Assembly: GCA_951406725.2 (NCBI GenBank)
Contig: OX597828.1
Coordinates: 39,184,001-39,248,000 of the forward strand
Direction of reading: 5' to 3'
Origin: Octopus vulgaris
Lineage: Eukaryota
DNA length: 64,000 bases
Under the pieces are notes generated by a model. That model saw nothing but the letters and a program-made list of their open reading frames with translations. It was not told the origin of the DNA and did not search any database. Shown here piece after piece: positions 40,501 to 52,289 of the stretch; positions within the stretch are counted from its first letter, which is position 1; each line of letters starts with the position of its first letter. The position numbers and the translations under genes were made by a program.

Positions 40501-41827
40501 CAGATTTTTATCTTTTACTTGGACTGTGGCCATACTGGAGCATCATCATCATCGTTTAACGTCCGCTTTCTATGCTAGCATGTGTTGGACAATTTGACTG
40601 AGGACCGGCAAACCATATGGCTGCACTAGGCTCCAATCTGATCTGGCAGAGCAACATTAAAAAACATTTTAAAATTTGTAAATCATCATCATCATCATCA
40701 TCTTTTAACATCTGCTTTCCATGCTGGTATGGGTTGGACAGTTTGACTAAGAGTCAGCGAGCCAGAAGGCTACACCAGTCTCCAATCTGATCTGGCAAAG
40801 TTTCTACAGCTGGATGCCCTTCCTAACACCAACCACTCCGAGAGTGTAGTGGGTGCTTTTATGTGTCAGCAGCACGAGGGCCAGTCAGGCGGTACTGGCA
40901 ACGGCCACGGTCAAGTGGTGTTTTTTACATGCCACTTGCACAGGAGCCAGTCCAGTGGCACTGGTAACAACCTCACTCAAATGTTTTATATGTGCCAGTA
41001 AGGCGACACTGGTAACAATCACATTTGAATGGTGCTTTTTACATGCCACTGGCACGGAAGTCAGTTAGCTGCTCTGGCAGCGATCACGCTCAGATGGTGC
41101 TCTTAGTGCTCCATTTGCATGGGTGTCAGTCATCGAATTTGCAAATTTGATTTGATTTTGATTTCACTTGCTTCAACAGGTCTTCGCAAGCAGAGTTTAG
41201 TGTCCAAATGAAGAAAAGGTACGCATAAGTGGGCTGGTTACACCCCTGGCATAGGGGTCAAGTTATGGCCTCACTTGGCTTGCAAGGTCTTCTCAAGCAC
41301 TGCATATTTCCAAAGGTCTCGGTCATTAGTCACTGCCTCAGTGGGGCCTAATGTTGGATGGTCATGCTTCACCACCTCATCCCAGGTCTTCCTGGGTCTG
41401 CCTCTTCCACAGGTTCCCTCAACCGCTAGGGTGTGGCACTTTTCCACACAGCTATCCTCATCCATTCTCGCCACATGACCATACCAGTGCAGTCATCTCT
41501 CTTGCACACCACATCTGATGCTTCTTAGGTCCAACTTTTCTCTCAAGGTTCTTACATTCTGTCAAGTATGCACAATGACATTACACATTCAGCGGAGAAT
41601 ACTGGCTTCATTCCTTGCAAGCTTACACATGTTCTCAGCAGCCATGGCCCATGTTTCACTGCCATGCTGGAGCACTACCTTGCAAAGTTTAGTGGGATTA
41701 ATCAAACGCAATATTTATTTTTTAAGTCTAATACTTACTCTGTCAGTCTCTTTTGTTTAAGTTACAGAGATATCCACAAACCAACACCCGTTGGTCAAGC
41801 AATGGGGTTTGGGCTGAGCAAACACAA

Positions 41828-41879
<52 letters not shown>

Positions 41880-43825
41880 TAAAAATTTCAGATCTGGAAT
41901 TCAGCAATGCAGTGGAGTTCTTAAACCTGAAAAGTATCTGTGATGTTTAGCTAGTCATAGTTTTCATTTTTTTTCTCCATCTGTTGACATATGGTGTGGA
42001 CTTTTCAACTATTTCCCACTTGATTTAAATGTGGTGTTGTGTTATACTTCAAACCCCATATGTGACTCGGTCAAATTAGTGGCTTTACTTTTGTCCCTTT
42101 TTAGCAGATGTAAATACATGGATAAGTTCCTGTTGGTGAATTAGAAAATACCACCCTCTCCAAATTCAGCAGCTGTACTGCAGATACTAGGCCCCTATCC
42201 ATTCAGCCTTATGGCTTTACAGTCAAAAGGAACATAACTAATTTTCCTCTTTTTTTCCTTTTCATTTTCTGATGTTTTACATCAGCTTTCTTCTTGCCTT
42301 TTCTTGTATTTTCTCACATTATATTGTCCTGTTTTAGCTTGTTATGGTATGTGGGCAGACTCCATGGATTGCATGAAGCCACCACATCTGCTATAAAATA
42401 CTGCCTGAGTTGTTTTCATCACATGAAACTATTTGTAGCTTATAAAAATATATACTGTGTTTATTAAATGACAGACAGACAGATAGGTAGATAGATATAA
42501 TGTTTGTATCTAAAACAATTGTTTAGAGAATGGCAACAAATTCAAAACAAATTTTTTTTCTTGCACATGCTATAGTTACAAAAAACAGAAAAAGGTCCAT
42601 TGTAACAACAAATTGGCCTATAGAGGAAAATGTCATCAAAAATAGCCCAGCATTTCCAGCATTATGAATATTACATAAAGACAAAAAAAAAAGTAAAAAA
42701 GTAACAGCAAGAACCAAAAATGGACTTATTAACCAGTTTGTCCATTCTAATATTATTTTATCAAAAGCATTGAATCTCATTCATAATACACCAACATTAA
42801 TCTTTTGTATCTTCATCAATCACCTTTCTCTTTCATTGCCTTTTGTAACAATTTACAATGAAGCCGGCTTTTATATCAGTCTCATAATGATTAAAGTTTC
42901 ACTCTTGATCTAATTTGCTAATTTATGCAAAAGTAGTTAGTAATAATATAATGCTATTATAATTAACAACTAATTATCCATTTATTAGGCGCAGGAGTGG
43001 ATGTGTGGTAAGTAGCTTGCTTACCAACCACATGGTTCCGGGTTCAGTCCCATTGCGTGGCACCTTGGGCAAGTGTCTTCTACTATAGCCTCGGGCCGAC
43101 CAAAGCCTTGTGAGTGGATTTGGTAGACGGAAACTGAAAGAAGCCTGTCGTATATATATATATATATATATGTATGTGCGTGTGTGTCTGTGTTTGTCCC
43201 CCTAGCATTGCTTGACAACTGATGCTGGTGTGTTTATGTCCCCGTTACTTAGCGGTTCGGCAAAAGAGACCGATAGAATAAGTACTGGGCTTACAAAAGA
43301 ATAAGTCCCGGGGTCGAGTTGCTCGATTAAAGGCGGTGCTCCAGCATGGCCACAGTCAAATGACTGAAACAAGTAAAAGAGTATATTAATTCTTTCACTG
43401 TATGCAAATCAGTAAACACTTGTAATATTGTTTTCCCATATAAATACAATTCTTTTTTAAAGTTATATTTTAGAGAAAGATAGTAATGAGACTGTGTAAT
43501 GTATATTAGTTTCTCATTAGCAAAAGAGGTCGCTTTTTGAGTAAAATAGTCGGAGGAGAAAGAGCAGGGTTTAAGACCTCTGCAGGTCCTCCTGTAACTG
43601 ACCATATCACACCTCAAAACATTTGTGACATTGCTATCATGTTTGAAAAAAAGAAATCATTTAATAGGCACAGCTCTATGGTTAAGATGCTCATTCTATG
43701 GCCATGTGATTTCAGGTTTGACCCCACTCTATAATACTTTTGGAAAGTGTCTTCAACTACAGACCTTGGCTGACCAATGCCTTGGGAGTGAATCTGGTAG
43801 ATGGAAACTGTATGGAAGCCTGTCA

Positions 43826-43862
<37 letters not shown>

Positions 43863-44857
43863 CCCCATCCATCTCTTGATAAACAGAGTGGGTTTGCTTA
43901 TATTCTTGTAACTTAGCAATTCAGCAAAACAGACTGATAGAATAAATGCCAGGCTAAAAAATAAAAACTTGGGCAAATCTGTTTGGCTAAAACCCCTTCA
44001 AGGCAGTGCCCCAGCATAGCCACAGTCCAATGACTGAAACAAGGAAAAAGTAAAAGGAAGATAAAAAGTAGAACAGAATAATCTTTTTCTTAATTAATCT
44101 TTCCAGTAATTATCTGTATATCCCACCGCAGGACATCTTAAAAAGACAGAACAGATTACACTGGTTTGCTAATAAGTATACTTACTTGTGTAAGGTTTAT
44201 CTTGCAGAAAATATTATTGATTTAGTTTGCTAAGACATAAAGCCAATCTTTGTAGTCAAGGGCATCGTGGGCAGAATCGACTTTTGTTGCATGTCATAAA
44301 GCACATAAGGCCACAACAGGATCTCACCAATCAGCTTCCTGGCACTGTTTGGGTCTCATTATAGTTTCTCCACCCTTTTCGTCTCCTTTCCTTATTAATG
44401 GTCCTTTGCCATGTGGTTTTAGGGTGCCCTGCTGTTCTTTTCCTCCCTCAGGCTCCCACTTTTGTTCTACCATACAATCGCTTTCTCAACCTTGTCTGAG
44501 GACATGTCCAACCCAATTCCAGCATCTGCATCTTATTTCGTCTCTGATCCTGTTGACATCTGTTGTCTCAACTGTGTCATTTTGGACTCTTTTGCAGCCA
44601 CTTAATGTCAAGTATTCTCTTTAAGCATACGAATGGGGAGCTGGCCATTATACTCTCTCTTTTACTCGTTTCAGTCATTTGACTGCTGCCATGCTGGAGC
44701 ACCACCTTTAATCGAGCAAATTGACCCCGGGACTTATTCTTTGTAAGCCCAGTACTTATTCTATCGATCTCTTTTGCCGAACCGCTAAGTGACGGGGACG
44801 TAAACACACCAGCATCGGTTGTCAAGCAATGCTAGAGGGACAAACACAGACACACAA

Positions 44858-44900
<43 letters not shown>

Positions 44901-46709
44901 ACAGGCTTCTTTCAGTTTCCGTCTACCAAATCCACTCACAAGGCATTGGTCGGCCCGGGGCTATAGCAGAAAAAAATTGCCCAAGATGCCACGCAGTGGG
45001 ACTGAACCCGGAACCATGTGTTTGGTTAGTAAGCTACTTACCACACAGCCACTCCTGCGCCTATGTTTTTAATTATTATATTAGCCACGGAAGGACTGAT
45101 TGGTAGAATCATTACAGCATCAGAAGGATGTCTTGCAGTGTTTGTTACAGCTCTTTACACTCTAATCTAAAATCCCATTCATTTCAACTGTGACTTTCGT
45201 CCTTCCACACTCAATAAATAAAATACCAAATACTAAAGTCAATATAGCCAACAGCTCATTGCCTACCAAAACTTCTGGCCCTGTATCTATATAAGAAATA
45301 TCAAAGAGCCTCCTCCATGTGGTTATTAAATCTGCTAAAAATAGCAGTCACATTTACCTAATACCACATAGTGGCACTAACTGGCACTCTGTTGGTTACA
45401 ATGACAAGGGTTCCGGTTGATCCGAACAACAGAACAGCCTGCTCATGCGCTGAGCACTCTACAGACATGTGTACCCTTAATGTAATTCTCAGGGAGATTC
45501 AGCATGACACAGATTGTGACAAGGCCATCCCTTTGAAAAACAGGTACAACTCATTTTTGCCAGATAAGTGGACTGGAGCAACGTGAAATAAAGTGTCTTG
45601 CTCAAGGTCACAACACATCACCAGGAATTGAACTCACAACCAAATGATGATGAGCTAAAAACACTAACCACTAAGTCATGTGCCTTCACAATACCACAAA
45701 GTTCAGTCTCTAAAAAAGTAAAGATATACTGGGGAGTTTTGAATATGGTATGTCTGCAAAAAGTGAAAAAACAACAAAAAACAAAGGCTAGTTAGTCAAG
45801 ACTGACCTGGAGCTTAACAACAACAAAGACCGCTTTATGTGGTTGATTGAACTGCTCAAACTAGCAACCAAATCTCCCTCAAATTGCATCCTTCTGTTTG
45901 TGATTTAAAGGAAGTACTGGATAAGGTGATCCAAGGCAAACTATGCTGAATACAAAAGGATGGGATGATCACAGCTGGAATGCATTTGGTCATAGGTTAG
46001 ACTGGTCAGCGCTGACCTGGGTGTTAAACAAAAACAATAACAAAACCAGTAAGGGAGCCTTATACACTGCCTGCTAAAAATAACAGCTAAAACACCCTCA
46101 AGTTACAACCTACTTAGTCTTAATAAAAAAAATCCAACAGTGTAGACTTAAGATATACTAAAAGGGTCAATAAAATGAGTAGCAGTCAAATATTGGGATC
46201 AATGTAATCAACTAGCCCCCACCCCCAAAAAATTGCAGGCCTTGTGTCTATAGTAGAAAAGATTATTATTATTATTATTATTATTATTATAAACAGTCTG
46301 TACTCTGCAGCAGAAGTGTTAAGACTGGTTCCTCATGGCGGTACATAAAAGCACCAAAGCGATGCCACATTAAAGCGGCCATGTGGTGCCACATTAAAGC
46401 AGCTGTGCAGAAGCACATAAAAGCGCTTGTGCAGTGTCACGTAAAAAGCACCCATCACACTCTGTAAAGTGGTTGGCATTAGGAAGTACATCCAGCCATA
46501 AAAACCATGCCAGATCAGACTGGAGTTTGGCATAGCTCCCCAGCTTGCCAGCTCTGATCACACTGTCCAACCGATGCCAGTATGGACAATGGGCGAAGCC
46601 TAATATAGCTATCATGGCAACCCATCTTATAAAGGCACACCAGGAACATGCATTACAACCATATGTCCATGACATGGTGACCTCATATCAAAATAAACAG
46701 CACATAATC

Positions 46710-46740
<31 letters not shown>

Positions 46741-47728
46741 TACCTCTGCCTTAGCGAAAGCAGAAGTATTGTTTCTAGTTGTGTTTGTTTGTTTGTCCAT
46801 GGACAAGATATCTCAAGAACTGCTGGATGGATTCAGATGAAACTTTCAGGAATGTTTGGCCTTGTGACTGGCACAAACTGATTAGATTTTGAGATCAATC
46901 TGATACCAGACAAGGATTCTGGATTATTTATTTAATTTTTGAGAGCAGTCCAGTTCATTTTTAGTATTCTCGTTTGTGAAAGCAGTCAAATTTATTTCAG
47001 ATATTCTCGTTTTAAAAATCATCTCTGGCTAATCGTTGAGAGGACGTTGGTGTTGCCTTGGCAGAGGTCTGCACTCTCTGAGTGCTCATTATCATCATCA
47101 TCATCATTATCATTATTATTATTAGTAGTAGTATTAGTATTGTTATTATTATTAGAGTAATGAGGTGGCAGAATAATTAGCATGTTGGAGAAAATGCCTA
47201 GCAATATTCCTTCCAACATATTTCTCTACTCAAAATCACTGGTCTCGTGCCAAAATTATCATTATTATTATTATTAGAACGCACATTTCCATTTTTATTT
47301 TTCTACCTGAAACTGTTGAGATATCTCCTGTCAATCCAGGTATTTAGCACCAATCATTAGTGTAGGTATTTTGCATCTGACATCTTTTAACACTAGTCAA
47401 TCATCTGTAAAATGAGAGGAGTGTCTGTTACATTATTAAAGTTTAGTTCACTGAAGAGTGTAATATGTTTTATCTAAGACTACAAACACATTTCGTGTTT
47501 GCTTAATAAACACAAACAAAAGCCTTTTTTTTTTTCTTCTTTATTTTGATTGGTTGTGGTTTCTTATTTCACTTGCCTGATGACTTTATTGTTAATACAG
47601 ACATGGGTTGAATGGTTATGTAACTACTCTGATATTTTCCTGATTTAATTACTAAGCATTTTATGGTTGAATACTTTTCCTTTGTTACAATTGGGGTTGG
47701 TTTGGAAATATGAATTTTCAATCAGTAT

Positions 47729-47764
<36 letters not shown>

Positions 47765-47916
47765 GAGGGGAGAGAGAGAGGGGGAGAGAGAGAGGGGGAG
47801 GGAATAAACCGAAACACTTAACTATAACTAAAATAATACCTAAGTTAGTACTTCAGATACATTCCTAAAAACACAGCTTTAATTGAAACACTGCTATATG
47901 GGATGTTATAAGCTAT

Positions 47917-47965
<49 letters not shown>

Positions 47966-50900
47966 GTTTTGAAAGGTTCTTGAAGTGAACTCGTGTGTTG
48001 GAACAGATATTGTTGTATTTGGGGAGGGTCATGTTGCCAATTCAGCCAATGAAAACACACACACACTGTATATTTGGTGTTCACTTGCTTCAGCTTTATT
48101 TTCTTAGTAATTGTATTTTGGCCAGAGTTCTTTCGTCACACTTCTGTGTCACATGTTAGGAAGGAGAGACACAAAAAAGAAAGAAGAAAGCAAAGGACCA
48201 CTGATGAGGTCACAGAAGTATGACGAAAGAACTCTGGCTGAAATACAATTAATATAAAATAAAGCTGAAGTAAGTGAACACCAAATATATAGTGCATGTG
48301 ATTTTATTGGCTAAATTGGCAACATGACCATCCCCAAATACAACAATACATGGCTCAAGCTTACAATCGTGAGGTTGTGAGTTCGAATCCTGGACCGGGC
48401 TGTGTGTTATGTTCTTGAGCAAGACACTTTATTTCACATTGCTCCAGTTCACTCAGCTGTAGAAATGAGTTGCGATGTCACAGGTGCCAAGCTGTATCGG
48501 CCCCTTTGCCTTTCCCTTGGATAACACTGGTGGCGTGGTGAGGGGAGGCCGGTATGCATGGGTGACTGCTGGTCTTCCATAAACAACCTTGCCTGGACTT
48601 GTGCCTGGGAGGGTAACTTTCTAGGTGCAATCCCACGGTCAGTCATGACCGAAGGGGGTCTCAATAGTATATCATATAATATATCATACCATAGAGTTAT
48701 AGTTATGAGCTTGACAGGAAATTTTTAACAGTGGCACTAAGACAAACAAAGGTCATAAGTATTGCCAAATGACTGAAAAATCCAAATGCTTTCATTGGGG
48801 AGTTTAGCAGTCAGAATTCTCTCTGGTGTTGCTGGCCCCACAACAGGGGATTTCAGGCTCATTTTGGACGCATTGCTGTGCTAAGTCCCACAGCTCTTCA
48901 ATAAATAAGGTCTCACCACGAGACTCTAGGAACCCCTTTCAAATGTTTAGCACTGACCTACTGCTTTCTCCACTCACCGACCAGTTCAATGATGTCATGA
49001 CTATAGGTTTGTAAAATTCCAAGAAGTGAAGGTATGCTATTCAACATAGCTTCTTCCAACTTCTGTTCATGCAGTTCTTGATTACTTCATTATCTATGAC
49101 CCCCATGGCACAGTAGTTCTTCAAAAAGTCCCTGTTAAAATGTTTACCATGGCCAGTCATTTCATCAAAGAACATAGTAGGCCATAATATCAGAAATTAC
49201 ACCTAAATCCATGGGATGGAGTAAGGAAATTACTATTTACATTATTTACTTTGGACGGATATGTGTCCTCAACTTGTTTGTTGTTACCACAATGTTTCGG
49301 TTGATTTTTTCACCAGCCTTCATCAGGTGTCCTGGTAGAATTTTGAACCCAACCCTGGGTTCTCATTCCTAATGTTTATTTTTGCCGATATTACTATTAT
49401 TATTATTTATTCAAGGTACTGCCTGGAATTGAACTTGGAATTTTGGGGGTTAGTAGCCCGCGCTCTTAACCATTACACCAGGGTTGGGTTCAAAATTCCA
49501 CCAGGACACCAGATGAAAACTGGAGAGTAAATCAGCCGAAACCTTGTGGTAACAACAAACAAGATGAGGACATAATGTCCGTCCAATGTAAATAATGTAA
49601 ATAGTGTAAATAATTGATCATCTCTAAAATATAGAACAGTAAGGAAATGATGTTTGATGGTGGATGATCTACTTCAATTGTGTGACAATTTCTACTGTCA
49701 GCCAAGCCTTTTTTGATTTCCTTTGCAACCACATGGTTCCAAGTTCAGTCCCACTGTGTGGCATGTTGAGCGAGTGTCTTCTACTATACCCTCAGGCTGA
49801 CCTAAGTCTTGTGAATGGATTTGGCACACATAAACTGAAAGAGGACTGTTACGTATGTGTATGTTTGTCCCCCAGCCACTGCTTGACAACTGGTGTTGGC
49901 GTATTTACATCCCTTTAATCTAGCTGTTCGGTGAAAGAAACTGATAAAAAAAAAAAGTACCAGGTTTTAAAGAATAAGTCCTGGGGTTGATTTATTTCAT
50001 CAAGGTTCTTCAAGGTGGTACTCCAGCATGGCCGCAGTCTAATGACTGAAACAAGTAAAAGACAAAAGACGGATGCATTCTTTATATTCCTCTCACTGAT
50101 CATGCTGTTTCTGCGTGATGACACAAGTACCAGCTTCTGTTTGGCGTCTCATGAAGCATTACTTCACATCATCACATCATTTTAAGAGCCAGACACACAC
50201 CCACACATACTTATAAAACAGGTTTCTGTACAGTTTCCCTATACCAAATTTCCCTCACAAAACATTGGTCAACCCAAGGCTATGACATAAAACACTTAAG
50301 GTACTGTGCAGTGGGACTGAACATGCAACCTGGTGGTTGAGAGTTCATCCTCTTACCCACACAGCTATGCCTACACTGAGAGAGCGGACAAAACAAAATA
50401 TGTGGCAATAAATCTATTTCTCTGTTTCATAGTAACAGATAACTTCACCACCCACAAGTAATTAATAAATTAAATTGGAAAGAGAAAACGGATATAAAAA
50501 AGACAAACAAAATACTCCCTCCAGAAATAGATAAAGAGATGTTTAAAAGAAAAACAACAAACAGAGGATTCTTATCAAATTAAAGAGCTAAAACCGACAA
50601 TGTAAAAGATATTTGCAACTGGTGATTGCTTATTAAATCAAAACTGTGTCTCAAGAGCAATGAAGGGGAATATTATGTTAAAGCAATAACAACGATGATG
50701 ATGATGATGATGATGAAAGTAAAGAGAAGCCAAGATCTGATATAGAAACAATTGGCTTACTGCTTCAGAGTAAATCATTTAAAGAATTTGATTGATTCTT
50801 CAAGTCAGACCTTCGATCAAGTAGAATTAAAAAGGACAAGACTAATCAAATTTGGAAGGGAAAATGTGAGAGAGAGGGTGAGAGAGGGCAAAAAAGGGTG

Positions 50901-51545
50901 AGAAATAGCAAAAGCGGGTGAGAGAGTGAGTGAGTGCGTCTGTGGGGAAGCTATTGATTATATAATATGAGATTTTGGTAAAAGACAGAAATAATTCAAT
51001 TCTTGCTATTGAAATGTGAAGTGAATGTAAAAATTAGCTTTTAGGCAAAGAAATATAGCTTTCCAAGTGCCAAATCAAGTCTGGTAGTTTATAGTACTGT
51101 GTGTGTTTGCATGTGTGTGTACATAAATGTGTGTACATACAACTCTGTGTATGTGTGTGCACACACACACACATACATACATACATACATACATATATGG
51201 CATGGGTGATTTTAGGTGCTGGTGACATGTAAAAGCACCCACTACACTCTTGGAGTGGGTGGCATTAGGAAGGGCATCCAGCTGTAGAAACCAAGCCAAA
51301 ACTAGACTGGAACCTGGTACAGTTCTCTGGCTTATCAATTCCAGTCAAACTGTCTAACCCATGCCAGAATGAAAAGCAGACACTAAATGATGATTATATA
51401 TATATATAACGCCATGTTGGATCGTTAGCCCCTACATGCAATTTTTTTCTCTCCTTGTTTCTTTTCTGTGTATCTTTCTGGCTTCCCAGACCCCAGTAGA
51501 ACCATCCAACACATGCTAGCATGGAAAGCGGACGCTAAACGATGA

Positions 51546-51596
<51 letters not shown>

Positions 51597-52258
51597 AAAA
51601 CATATTCACAGCAAAATAGCATAAACATATATACAACTAAAATTCTAACAAAATTTAAAAAATAAGTTTTATACATCATTTAAATACTAATGGCACTTCT
51701 TAATCATCCTGTTTATTTACAACATCAACATCATCATAATGTCTACTTTTCCATGCTTGCATGGTCAAGCAATTTGCCAACTCTCATCTATTTCCGAGAA
51801 AGGTGATATTTTTCCCTAATCCTGATGTTTTTCCATGGATGATTGCAAACAAGTGAGACTGTACAGCAGTGACATTTATTGACAATTAGTGCAGAATGTC
51901 TAGAAAAGGTCACTGACACAAACAGGCATATATTTTATGTTATTTTACCAGTTTTTGGTCATTAGTCTATGGCCATGTTGTAGCACATCCCCCAAGGGTT
52001 GTAGTTGATCACATTAACCCCAGTTTTTAGCCTTGTGCTTTTTTAAATTTTATTGATTTCCATTTGTTGAAGCACTAAGTTGTACGACACAAAGAGACAC
52101 AACATAAACCATAAACACACACACACACGATTATTGGCTATTGAATAATTTCCATCTCCCGAATTTCACTTACAAGATATTGATCAGACTAAAACTGATT
52201 GGAAAATTTATCCCAGAACCACATGATTTCAAAGTAAACTTTCCATCCACACACTCAT

Positions 52259-52289
<31 letters not shown>

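Noticed and set aside
48790-49200. Possible decayed LINE reverse-transcriptase fragment on the minus strand
   Set aside because: Only a weak GVP-like hint amid stops; cannot be supported without a profile search.
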